NCBI GenBank assembly: GCA_025454755.1
Contig: JALONV010000002.1
Location: 10,052 to 74,051 of the forward strand
DNA from: Bacteroidales bacterium
Lineage (GTDB): Bacteria > Bacteroidota > Bacteroidia > Bacteroidales > VadinHA17
Direction: 5' to 3'
Length of the DNA stretch: 64,000 nt
Notes under the pieces: generated by a model
Seen by the model: the letters and a program-made list of their open reading frames with translations, nothing else
Told to the model about the DNA's origin: nothing
Databases searched by the model: none
Part shown: positions 54,247 to 63,127 of the stretch, piece by piece
Numbering within the stretch: position 1 is the first letter of the stretch
Layout of the letters: each line of letters opens with the position of its first letter
Program-made: the position numbers and the translations under genes

Positions 54247-54629
54247 ATGTCTCACCAGGATGCATCCAGAAAATCCATCACATTTGCACTTCTTGCAAAC
54301 ATTGGAATTGCGCACACCAAAACAGCCGTCAGAGTGAATTGATAATTGTCCTGGGTGAAGATACTGCCGCATTGCTGGGGCTCTCTTTTGCTCTGGCTGC
54401 AGTTGCATTGTCAATGATTACAGAAAATCCTGTTTTTGATGCGATAGGAAGTATCGGGATCGGAGCTTTGCTTGTCGTTATTTCATTTATTCTCGCAGTA
54501 AAGATCAAAAGTCTGCTCATAGGGCAAAGTACTGACGATGAAACCACTGCAGGAATGCCGGTTCCTGCTTCTTTCATTCCTCGAAAAATCCTGAACGCCG
54601 GACACAGATCTTCTGAGCAGCAGCTCTAG
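54247..54629 (+). pseudogene. cation diffusion facilitator (CDF) transporter relic: internal deletion/frameshift and 3' truncation
   Basis: ATG 54247 gives 'MSHQDASRKSITFALLANIGIAHTKTAVRVN*', a CDF TM1-like N-terminus. A different frame then reads 'VLGEDTAALLGLSFALAAVALSMITENPVFDAIGSIGIGALLVVISFILAVKIKSLLIGQS', like CDF TM5-TM6. TM2-4, including the metal site, and the C-terminal domain are missing. Confidence 0.75.
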
Positions 54630-54665
54630 TGAAATTGTTCAATTTCTTTTTTACCCGTTCCGATG

Positions 54666-56045
54666 CTAAAACTTACCCTTGCAAGGATCGGAAAACGTAT
54701 TCTGGGATTCAAGATAGATATTGATGTCCCTTATAAGGGAAGACGAGACACTCCCGATCAACGCAAATGCAAATAAACAGAATGGCATGTACCAGACTAT
54801 TTCATCAAAACCGAGATGAATATATGCATGAGCTTTAAAAACAATAAACCATGATAAAGGGCCCAGAAGCGCAACCCAGGTTGTCAATGCCAGGGCTCTG
54901 TTTTTTTTTCTGTTTGAATATGTAGTGGGAGATAGTTTTTCAGATACACTGCTAAGCAATGAAAATATTACGGCAAAGCAAACAACTGCAAGAAAGCTGA
55001 TTCTGATCAGGCCAAAATGAACAGCATCCAGACTTAAATAAGTTTTCACAACTTCTGTAATGCTTGACTCCAATGACGCCCTGAAAGCCTCCGGAAAATC
55101 AGCGCTGTCACCAGAGGTCCTTTTTAAAAAGCAGTACCACATATATTTAAAACCATCCCAAAAACTTCCCTTTAAAGTTGAGAGCTGATATGAAAAGAGA
55201 GTTGCATAGATTATTATACCGGCAACAGCCCCTGAAGAAACAGTTATAAATCTTTTAATAAAGAATTTAAAGCTCCATTTATTATAAAACCAGTAGTAAA
55301 ACAAAGGAACTGTAAACATCACCAGGGCTGACGTAACAAATTCAAAACCTGTAAAGAATAATTTAATAAACACCAGAACCACTGAGATCAGAAATAATCT
55401 TCCCGGAGAGATTATAGTTTTGCCCTCAGACTCATAATGCAACAAAATGAGCAATGTTATAAATGGCAGATAAAATGAAGTTAGAACCAGATAAATATCT
55501 CTTCCAAAAAATGTCAGCCAGCAGGAAACAAAGAGCAACAAAAAAGTGATCACTGAAGCATAAAATCCGTAGTATTTTTTAACCCAGCTGACAAAAACAG
55601 TCATGAGAAGTGCAAACAGAAATGAGTTTAACATCCAGAAAAGATAAAGATTCAAATAATTGCTGAACGGAGAGATCTTATCCAGCAGGGCAAAAGTGAT
55701 TCCGGCACCCCCCATCTGGCTGTCATATATTATGAATTCAGTATTCCCGAGCTTTAAGTTATTCTTATAAATGTCAAACTGAAAATAGGTCATGTCATCC
55801 CAGGACATATCTTTCATTATTGAATCATCTTTGACCCAGCCTGTAAGGCCTGCTTCAGAAAAGATGCCATTTGTTTCTGCCCTGATCACCCGGCCAAGAA
55901 CCTGGGATTCGGAATATATATCACTTTTTTCAAATTCTATTTTATCAACCACGCCCCAGATATTGCGATAATAGCTGCTTGCAAATAACAGCAGGGCCAA
56001 TGTGAACAATATCACATTTTTAGCAGTTTTTCTTTTCATTGGCAT
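54666..56045 (-). CDS. large polytopic membrane protein, possible GT-C-like glycosyltransferase/polymerase
   Basis: About 460 aa from ATG 56045 (the track ORF uses a TTG at 56081). One N-terminal TM segment is followed by an extracytoplasmic loop of about 100 aa with acidic pairs ('VKDDS','SWDDM') and then at least 10 TM segments. I recognise no family motif. Confidence 0.5.
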   Translation of the reverse strand: MPMKRKTAKNVILFTLALLLFASSYYRNIWGVVDKIEFEKSDIYSESQVLGRVIRAETNGIFSEAGLTGWVKDDSIMKDMSWDDMTYFQFDIYKNNLKLGNTEFIIYDSQMGGAGITFALLDKISPFSNYLNLYLFWMLNSFLFALLMTVFVSWVKKYYGFYASVITFLLLFVSCWLTFFGRDIYLVLTSFYLPFITLLILLHYESEGKTIISPGRLFLISVVLVFIKLFFTGFEFVTSALVMFTVPLFYYWFYNKWSFKFFIKRFITVSSGAVAGIIIYATLFSYQLSTLKGSFWDGFKYMWYCFLKRTSGDSADFPEAFRASLESSITEVVKTYLSLDAVHFGLIRISFLAVVCFAVIFSLLSSVSEKLSPTTYSNRKKNRALALTTWVALLGPLSWFIVFKAHAYIHLGFDEIVWYMPFCLFAFALIGSVSSSLIRDINIYLESQNTFSDPCKGKF

Positions 56046-56294
56046 CTGATAAGTCTTATAAGAGACACAAAAATTAGACAAATTCTTCTATTTAAACAAG
56101 GGAAAATAGTTTTTATTGTTGTATTTCAGCTGGTTAACCGGGATTGAAATGGCATAAAAGTTAAATTTATGTCTGCAGATAATCCGGGAAGATCTGGCAA
56201 AACTGTTTGCAGCGTTTGCGGTTTCATTTACGTATTAGTAGTATAGCCTGTTTTAATTGCAGGCTTGAGATTTTTAATAATAAATAAAGAAAAT

Positions 56295-57527
56295 ATGAGA
56301 AAAATAATATCAGTAATGGCTTTAATAACAATGCTGGTACTTCACACTGCATGTGAAAAACAGCCGGGAGAACCGGATCTGACACCAAAGCCAATTTCTC
56401 TTACTGCTGCTGCGCCGCAGGCGATTCAAAGCAGCAATGATTTCGGGATAGAGCTATTCAGGAAGGTCGCCGTAACCGATGTGCAGAACCTTATGCTCTC
56501 TCCTCTCAGCGCAAGCACCGCCCTTACCATGCTTCTTAACGGGTGCAGTGGTAATACCTTTACACAACTGCAGGGAACACTCAGATATCCCTCAGAAATG
56601 ACGACCGGAGAGATCAACGAAGCATATAAAAGCCTTGTTGATCAGCTGCTGAGTGCCGATCCGCTGGTAAAACTCTCCCTGGCGAACGCAATATTCTACC
56701 GGAACGGCTTCTCCGTAAAACCACCATTCCTTGCCACCATGAACAATGATTTCAGGGCTACGGTTGAGGGGCTGGATTTTGCATTACCCTCAGCGCTTAC
56801 AACTATAAATAAATGGGCAAACGACAATACTGCCGGCAAGATTCCCAAAGTACTTGATGAAATTTCAAACGATGCTGTCATGTTTATAATGAACGCTCTT
56901 TATTTCAAGGGCGACTGGAGCTACCAGTTCGACAAATCAGCAACCCGGAATCATCCTTTTTACCCCGATGGAGGTACGACGGTTAATGTCAGCACCATGA
57001 ACAGCGAGGTGGGTGCAAAGGTAGTCTATGGAAACAACTACAAGGCGGTGGAGATGCCTTACGGGCGAACCAATTTTACCATGATTGTAATTGTTCCTAC
57101 AGAAACTCTCGCGACATTCTATCCATCATTTACATCCGGAGAATGGAACTCGATAACTTCTGAATTCGACGGAGCTGATGAATATGGGAAGTTAATCGTC
57201 TATATGCCGAAATTCAAATTCTCATATGAGAAATATTTGAACGACCAGCTCCGGGCTCTGGGCATGGTTGATGCTTTTATCCCTTTCCAGGCAAACCTAT
57301 CCGGGATTTCAGATGAGTCGATCTTTGTAAGCTTTGTAAAGCAGAACACATTTGTGGAGGTTGATGAGGTTGGAACAGAAGCAGCTGCTGTCACTACTAT
57401 CGGCATCGAACTTACAAGCATGCCACCGCAGCCAACGCAGTTCGTAATCGATAAATCATTCGTTTTTGCCATCCGGGAACGGACCACCAATACACTTCTT
57501 TTTATAGGGCAGGTATTGAATCCCTGA
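56295..57527 (+). CDS. serpin-family protease inhibitor, lipoprotein
   Basis: The start is moved to ATG 56295 ('MRKIISVMALITMLVLHTAC' lipobox). The serpin hinge and reactive loop read 'EVGTEAAAVTTIGIELTSMPPQPTQF', and the C-terminus reads 'FVFAIRERTTNTLLFIGQVLNP'. Confidence 0.88.
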   Translation: MRKIISVMALITMLVLHTACEKQPGEPDLTPKPISLTAAAPQAIQSSNDFGIELFRKVAVTDVQNLMLSPLSASTALTMLLNGCSGNTFTQLQGTLRYPSEMTTGEINEAYKSLVDQLLSADPLVKLSLANAIFYRNGFSVKPPFLATMNNDFRATVEGLDFALPSALTTINKWANDNTAGKIPKVLDEISNDAVMFIMNALYFKGDWSYQFDKSATRNHPFYPDGGTTVNVSTMNSEVGAKVVYGNNYKAVEMPYGRTNFTMIVIVPTETLATFYPSFTSGEWNSITSEFDGADEYGKLIVYMPKFKFSYEKYLNDQLRALGMVDAFIPFQANLSGISDESIFVSFVKQNTFVEVDEVGTEAAAVTTIGIELTSMPPQPTQFVIDKSFVFAIRERTTNTLLFIGQVLNP

Positions 57528-57578
57528 CCAGATATCCATTTATAAATTAAGAGAAATTTTAAACTTATTTTAAAGAAT

Positions 57579-58865
57579 ATGAAAAACGCTGTTAAAACAT
57601 CAGTTTTACTCCTTGTCCTGGCTGCCTCACTATCCGGCTGCATGGACAGAACAGTGGAGAGGATAACTTATAAAGCCAATGTGCCGGTTTATATGCCGTT
57701 TGCCGAATTCCGAACCAGCTTTCAGAAGAGCGACACAGTTGAGATAACCCACCCCGGCAAAATCTATTTCAAGGATGGTTACTTGTTTGTAAATGAGTAC
57801 GGCAAGGGAATTCACGTCATTGACAATTCAGATCCTGCAAATCCGAAAAAAACAGCTTTTTATAAGATAATGGGGAATGTTGATATGGCAATCAAGGGGA
57901 ATATCCTGTATGCCGACAGCTATATTGACCTTGTTGCGATCGACATAACCGACATCAACAATCCTAAAGAGGAAGGGCGCCTCACAAACGTCTTCCCCGA
58001 AGTAGTGCCTGAAGGCGATGTGTGGTTTCCCTACGCCATGGTCGATAAAACCAGGGGTGTAATAATTGACTGGGAAGTTGAAACCATTACCGAGGAACGT
58101 GATCCGGGCTCTCTCTGGGGCGGATGGATATACCGTGGAGATTTTACGATGATGTCAGCTGCCGAATCCGGTGCCAACTGGTCGGCCGGTGCGGGAACAG
58201 GCGGATCAATGGCCCGTTTCATGCTTAACAACGATTACCTTTACCTGATCTCATATCCCTGGATGCTTAAGACTGTAGATGCAAAAGAGGCCGGTAAAAT
58301 GAGCGTGGTCGACAGCATCAATGTTTCACGCAGCATGGAAACTCTTTTTAAAGTCGGTGATAAAATGTTCATTGGAACAACCACAGGGATGCTCATTTAT
58401 GACATTTCCAACGCGGTACAACCCACCCAGATATCTATCTATAATCATATTACAGCATGTGACCCGGTGGTAGTTGACGGCCAGTATGCTTATGTCACGC
58501 TTCGTACGGGGACCAGATGCACAAACGCACAAAACCTGCTCGATGTAATTGACATTTCATCAATTGCCAATCCATATCTTGTGAAGTCGTACCCTTTATT
58601 CAATCCTCACGGTCTGGGTGTTGACGGCAACCTGCTCTTCATCTGCGACGGCAAAGCAGGACTGAAGATTTACGATAAGTCAGACCCCCTGGCAATTATT
58701 ACCAAACAGCTGGCACATTATCCCGATTTTGACACTTTCGATGTAATACCGATGGATGGCATATTAATGCTCACAGGCGAGAAAGGAATTTATCAGTACG
58801 ATTATTCAGATCCGGGAAACATAGTACAGATAAGCCATATTACCATTGTAGGGGACGGGAAGTAA
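57579..58865 (+). CDS. LVIVD-repeat beta-propeller lipoprotein
   Basis: 428 aa with lipobox 'LSGCM'. It has repeated 'Y(A/V)..g...L.(V/I)IDIS(D/N)..NP' units ('LVAIDITDINNP', 'LLDVIDISSIANP', 'GLKIYDKSDP'). Confidence 0.75.
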   Translation: MKNAVKTSVLLLVLAASLSGCMDRTVERITYKANVPVYMPFAEFRTSFQKSDTVEITHPGKIYFKDGYLFVNEYGKGIHVIDNSDPANPKKTAFYKIMGNVDMAIKGNILYADSYIDLVAIDITDINNPKEEGRLTNVFPEVVPEGDVWFPYAMVDKTRGVIIDWEVETITEERDPGSLWGGWIYRGDFTMMSAAESGANWSAGAGTGGSMARFMLNNDYLYLISYPWMLKTVDAKEAGKMSVVDSINVSRSMETLFKVGDKMFIGTTTGMLIYDISNAVQPTQISIYNHITACDPVVVDGQYAYVTLRTGTRCTNAQNLLDVIDISSIANPYLVKSYPLFNPHGLGVDGNLLFICDGKAGLKIYDKSDPLAIITKQLAHYPDFDTFDVIPMDGILMLTGEKGIYQYDYSDPGNIVQISHITIVGDGK

Positions 58866-58869
58866 TACC

Positions 58870-59613
58870 ATGCATATCAAAAAGACTATAATTGCCCTTC
58901 TGTTGACGGTAATAACATTTACTGTTTCAGCTCAGAAGCGTGAACGGAAAGAGGTTATGCTTAATGACGGCACCGTGATTAAAGGAACCATCGTGGCCGA
59001 TTCATCAGACTTTCTGAAAGTAAAGATAAAAAGGCCGCAGATCATAACATTAAACAAGGCGCTTGTATATTCAACAGGCAGCATCAGGCAAAGCGCATCC
59101 GGATCTGCTGAAAAAAGAGGCTATTCAATCAGGTTATCTGCATCGCTTCTTGCAGGGCGCAATATCAGCGGTAATACAGGAAGCATGAGCATACATCTTT
59201 CAAACGGTTACCAGTTCAGGAACGGTTTCGGTGCAGGATTCGGCACAGGAATTGAAAAACCGGAAGTCTTAATAATGCCGGTTTACGGCGAAATAAGATA
59301 CCAGCCGTTGAAAACAAGACTCTCTCCTTTTCTATGGATGAAAAGCGGTTATGGATTTCCGTTGAACAGACGAGCCGACATTGATTATTACTATTACGGT
59401 TATTCCACCGAATCGAAAGGCGGGGTGATGTTCAATGCCGGCGCCGGTTTAGCCCTTTATTCATGGAACAGGAACGCTGTCAGCATCGGAATTGGTTACC
59501 GTTACCAGAAGTTAATATTCGCGCAGAAGAATATATGGAGACAGGAAGCACAAAATGAACTCATTACATATTTTAACAGATTTGAGGTGCAGTTTGGTTT
59601 TATCTTCAGGTAA
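58870..59613 (+). CDS. outer-membrane beta-barrel protein (hypothetical)
   Basis: 247 aa with a signal peptide 'TFTVSAQ' and alternating G/aromatic strands. The C-terminus 'FEVQFGFIFR' is typical of OM barrels. Confidence 0.6.
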   Translation: MHIKKTIIALLLTVITFTVSAQKRERKEVMLNDGTVIKGTIVADSSDFLKVKIKRPQIITLNKALVYSTGSIRQSASGSAEKRGYSIRLSASLLAGRNISGNTGSMSIHLSNGYQFRNGFGAGFGTGIEKPEVLIMPVYGEIRYQPLKTRLSPFLWMKSGYGFPLNRRADIDYYYYGYSTESKGGVMFNAGAGLALYSWNRNAVSIGIGYRYQKLIFAQKNIWRQEAQNELITYFNRFEVQFGFIFR

Positions 59614-59682
59614 GCAAATAAATGTGAGAAAAAACATCATAAAAACATCCTAATTAAGTTATTTTGAAAGAGCTTAAACAGG

Positions 59683-60279
59683 ATGCGGCTAATGGGCAAG
59701 CAGGAAAAGAATGAGCAGGAACTGTCAGACCTGGAACTTATCAGTCGTTGTTCGGAAAAAGATGTCCGTGCACAGGAGCTGCTTTACAGGCGTTACTTTT
59801 CATTTGCCATGTCGGTGGCCGTCAGGTACACATGCAACGAGGGAGAGGCAATGGAAATAGTGAATGACAGCTTTATGAAGGTACTTGAAAAAACCAGCGA
59901 ATTTGACACCGCCAGGCCTTTCCGGTCATGGTATGGCAGAATAATTGTCAATTCGGCAGTTGACAATTACCGGCGGAATGTAAAACATTCATCACATCTT
60001 CAGATAAGCGATATTGAGGCAACAGAAGAGCAGGAACCTGAAATAGATGCTTCTCTTTCGGCAGCGGATATCCTTCAGTTGTTCAGCAAATTACCGGAAC
60101 AATTCAGGGTAACTTTCAACATGTTTGAGATAGAGGGCTATTCACATTACGAGATAGGCCAAATGCTTGGCATTACCGCATCAAGTTCACGTTCGAACCT
60201 GACCCGGGCCAAGAAGATGCTCAGGGAACTCTACATTAAGAATTTCAATACTGTGATCGGGAACAATGAAGCAATTTGA
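59683..60279 (+). CDS. ECF-type RNA polymerase sigma-70 factor
   Basis: 198 aa with region 2 'ELLYRRYFSFAMSVAVRYTCNEGEAMEIVNDSFMKV' and region 4 HTH 'YSHYEIGQMLGITASSSRSNLTRAKKMLRE'. Confidence 0.88.
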   Translation: MRLMGKQEKNEQELSDLELISRCSEKDVRAQELLYRRYFSFAMSVAVRYTCNEGEAMEIVNDSFMKVLEKTSEFDTARPFRSWYGRIIVNSAVDNYRRNVKHSSHLQISDIEATEEQEPEIDASLSAADILQLFSKLPEQFRVTFNMFEIEGYSHYEIGQMLGITASSSRSNLTRAKKMLRELYIKNFNTVIGNNEAI

Positions 60280-61537
60280 TGATATATTCAGGGAAAATGC
60301 AGATAAAGCATTCGCCGACTATAACGCCGATCATCTGGCCGACGAGGGATGGAATTCATTTATGGCCTCGAGGAAGAAAGAGAGCAGGCTTAAGGCAATT
60401 GTAATACCTCTTTGGGCTAAAGCTGCATCAATAACCCTGATCGTTGGAACAAGCGCTTTAATTACATACCTGGCCATTAACCGGCGCAATGCTGAAGAGA
60501 TACTCTCTTTATCGGAAACAGAATCGAAAATTGAAATACCGGCGACAGTACATTCCGTATCTGAAAGTCCCGCCTCGGCGGTCATCACAGTAAAACCCGG
60601 TCCGGGAAAGATAAACAATGGAGCCAGGAGTATGGTCGGCCTGGCGGCAGAATCTGTTCCGGAAAAGCCCGTCCTGGAAGAACACCTGTACGGAGAGAGA
60701 ACCCCGGAGCCTGACGATCCTGATGTTTTTCCTGTTATTGCGGAAAACAAGTTACTACCGGTTGAAGATACAATTAACCTTACCTCTAAAGAGATACTTA
60801 CTGAGTTGCCCTCCGGAGAAACTAAAGAAACAGCAACCACGGAAGAAAAGAACCGGTACAGCAAGCCCAAATTCATGACCGGCTTGTCCGGAGTACTGGC
60901 GAATGTCAAAAATGCATCATCTGCAGCGCCAGGAGTTTCAATAGGCTTTTACGTGGAGCAAAAGATCACGAAAAGAATTTCATTCAGACCGGGTCTGGCC
61001 CTGGCTATAAATTCGCTGGGCGTTGACAATAAAGGCGGAAATTTCGAGTCAACCTACTCGGTTCCGCTTATTGACGGCAACAACGGAATGCTCGATTCCT
61101 ATAACGGTGAGCTGAGAATGATTGCCATGGAATTGCCCTTGAACATTGTATTCAAAGCGTTTGAAAGGAAGCGCTCAGGGATTTACCTGTCAGCCGGAGC
61201 CTCAACAATGATTTATTTCAGCCAGAAGTTCACAGGCGATTTCGTTAACGAGTACACACAAGAGCAATTTAATGCAACCAGTGGTACAATGGAGTACGAA
61301 AAGAGATCTTCAACGGTTACTGTCGACAACAGCTATAGCGCATTCAGCCATACTGATTATTTCGGACTTGCCAACTTTTCAGCCGGTTATACTCATCCCT
61401 ATGGAAAAACCGCAACACTGCTGATTGAACCATTCATGCAATTTCCGCTCAGTGACCTTACTGCTCTTAATCTTCGTGTTCGTTATGGCGGTATATCGGT
61501 GAAGATCCGTTTTGGCACTAAAATCCCAAAGAAATGA
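60266..61537 (+). CDS. putative anti-sigma factor fused to an outer-membrane beta-barrel (porin-like) domain
   Basis: 423 aa, overlapping the sigma gene by 14 nt. It has a short N-terminal domain, one TM segment ('AIVIPLWAKAASITLIVGTSALITYLAI'), a P/E/T-rich linker and a C-terminal barrel-like domain of about 215 aa ('GVSIGFYVEQKI..ELPLNIVFKA..LRVRYGGISVKIRF'). Confidence 0.6.
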   Translation: MKQFDDIFRENADKAFADYNADHLADEGWNSFMASRKKESRLKAIVIPLWAKAASITLIVGTSALITYLAINRRNAEEILSLSETESKIEIPATVHSVSESPASAVITVKPGPGKINNGARSMVGLAAESVPEKPVLEEHLYGERTPEPDDPDVFPVIAENKLLPVEDTINLTSKEILTELPSGETKETATTEEKNRYSKPKFMTGLSGVLANVKNASSAAPGVSIGFYVEQKITKRISFRPGLALAINSLGVDNKGGNFESTYSVPLIDGNNGMLDSYNGELRMIAMELPLNIVFKAFERKRSGIYLSAGASTMIYFSQKFTGDFVNEYTQEQFNATSGTMEYEKRSSTVTVDNSYSAFSHTDYFGLANFSAGYTHPYGKTATLLIEPFMQFPLSDLTALNLRVRYGGISVKIRFGTKIPKK

Positions 61538-62034
61538 AAAGACTCTTATTTGTTTTATTTATATTGGCAATAGTATTTAATTCTTGTCAAACAAAAACCA
61601 AAGTTATGCCTGTTGATTTAACTGCGGCAAAAAATGCTGTAACAAAAGTTTTAGATTCACATTGGTCTGCAGTGAAAGTAAAAGATGCTGATGCTGTAAT
61701 AGCTTTAGTAACTGATGATTTTCTTTCTTGCGGAACTGATTCAAAAGAATTCTGGAATAAGACAGATATGTACAATACTATTAAACAGATGCTTGCCGAC
61801 ACTTCATTTAAGATGGATATCACAATTGATAAACGTGAAATACGAATTGCTAAAGACGGTAATTCAGCTATTGCCCTGGAGCAAATGTTTATGAAGCCTT
61901 TCAGTCAGAAGATACCGGTTCGGACGATTTATCATCTCGTAAAAATCAATGATATCTGGCTGATTGATTTTACGAGCACCGGTTTTATTCCAGACAATGA
62001 GGATATTGGCAAGCTTAATAAAGCATTGGAGTAA
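61534..62034 (+). CDS. NTF2-fold (SnoaL/DUF4440-like) lipoprotein
   Basis: 166 aa with lipobox 'VFNSCQ' and 'VTKVLDSHWSAVKVKDADAVIALVTDDFLSCGTD'. It has an ATGA overlap with the preceding gene. Confidence 0.6.
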   Translation: MKRLLFVLFILAIVFNSCQTKTKVMPVDLTAAKNAVTKVLDSHWSAVKVKDADAVIALVTDDFLSCGTDSKEFWNKTDMYNTIKQMLADTSFKMDITIDKREIRIAKDGNSAIALEQMFMKPFSQKIPVRTIYHLVKINDIWLIDFTSTGFIPDNEDIGKLNKALE

Positions 62035-62130
62035 GATTCATTTTGAAGTTTGTTAAAATGTATTTTTATAAGTGAAATTTATCTATTAGGTTTATGCAAA
62101 AGTTTTTCATTTCTATTTGCAGTCATACTT

Positions 62131-63123
62131 ATGGAAATACAGAACGAGGAAAAATTCATTAAAGGAGTTGAAAGCTTAATCAATCCTATGGAAGTCAGCA
62201 ATCTCCTCTTCTTCCAGAAACTTAAAGTATTGCTGCCTCCGCTGATTATGAAGCGATTACTGTACAGGGCTTCAAAAAATACTCCCTATATAGGTTTTGT
62301 GATTGATCCATATAGTCTGTTTCTGTTCTTCAGGCTCAGTAATATTGAATATGCAAAATCACTGCTGCCCGATCGTTATGATCTTGCAAAGACCAGATTG
62401 TTTACCGATGATGAGCCGGATTTCTACATGGGAATTGGTAATCTTAATACACGTGCGAGTACTTTTTGGGGTACAAGGCAGGAGGCTTACCTCATTGCAA
62501 CAGATAAAAAAACCGGGTTATTATCTTTCATTTTCATTGATATATTAAGCAATACCATTATAGCGCTGCCGACAAGGGGCATTGCTGATCCAAATTGTAA
62601 AAGAGCTATTTTCACAATTAGTTCAAAAGGCGAGGTCTTTCTGGATATTCAGGAAGACAAGACAAACAGAAAGCTTTTATTAACAGGCAGCTTAAAAAGG
62701 GGAAAGATGCGCAGACTGGATCAAAACCTCTGGCTCATGGGGAATACCTCAATAGGACACTGTAAAAAGTTTGCAAATGGCGATGATATTCCTTTTTCCG
62801 TGATATTTGATCCGGCCGAGGTGATTGAAGCCCTGGATGTTCCGACAGAGGATATTCGCATAACCGAAAACACACTCTTTCCCGGATTGGCACACACGGA
62901 AATAAGTAATGCAATCTGTTTCCCTTTTGCTCAGCACTATATTGCTGACAGCCCGGGTTGTTATACCACACTAAAGGACCGTAATGACCTGGTAATCAAA
63001 TATAATGAAATTGCAAACTACGAAGTATTTAAGACATTTTCCGCCAGGACAATTGTGAAACAACTCTTTATCGGAATAGCGGTTTTTACACTCATTGCAG
63101 TATTACTTATTCTCATTCTGTAG
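62131..63123 (+). CDS. hypothetical protein with C-terminal membrane anchor
   Basis: About 330 aa from ATG 62131 (the track ORF starts at TTG 62050). The C-terminal TM segment is 'LFIGIAVFTLIAVLLILIL'. A weak resemblance to acetoacetate-decarboxylase-like/DUF2071 folds is an impression only. Confidence 0.4.
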   Translation: MEIQNEEKFIKGVESLINPMEVSNLLFFQKLKVLLPPLIMKRLLYRASKNTPYIGFVIDPYSLFLFFRLSNIEYAKSLLPDRYDLAKTRLFTDDEPDFYMGIGNLNTRASTFWGTRQEAYLIATDKKTGLLSFIFIDILSNTIIALPTRGIADPNCKRAIFTISSKGEVFLDIQEDKTNRKLLLTGSLKRGKMRRLDQNLWLMGNTSIGHCKKFANGDDIPFSVIFDPAEVIEALDVPTEDIRITENTLFPGLAHTEISNAICFPFAQHYIADSPGCYTTLKDRNDLVIKYNEIANYEVFKTFSARTIVKQLFIGIAVFTLIAVLLILIL

Positions 63124-63127
63124 GATC

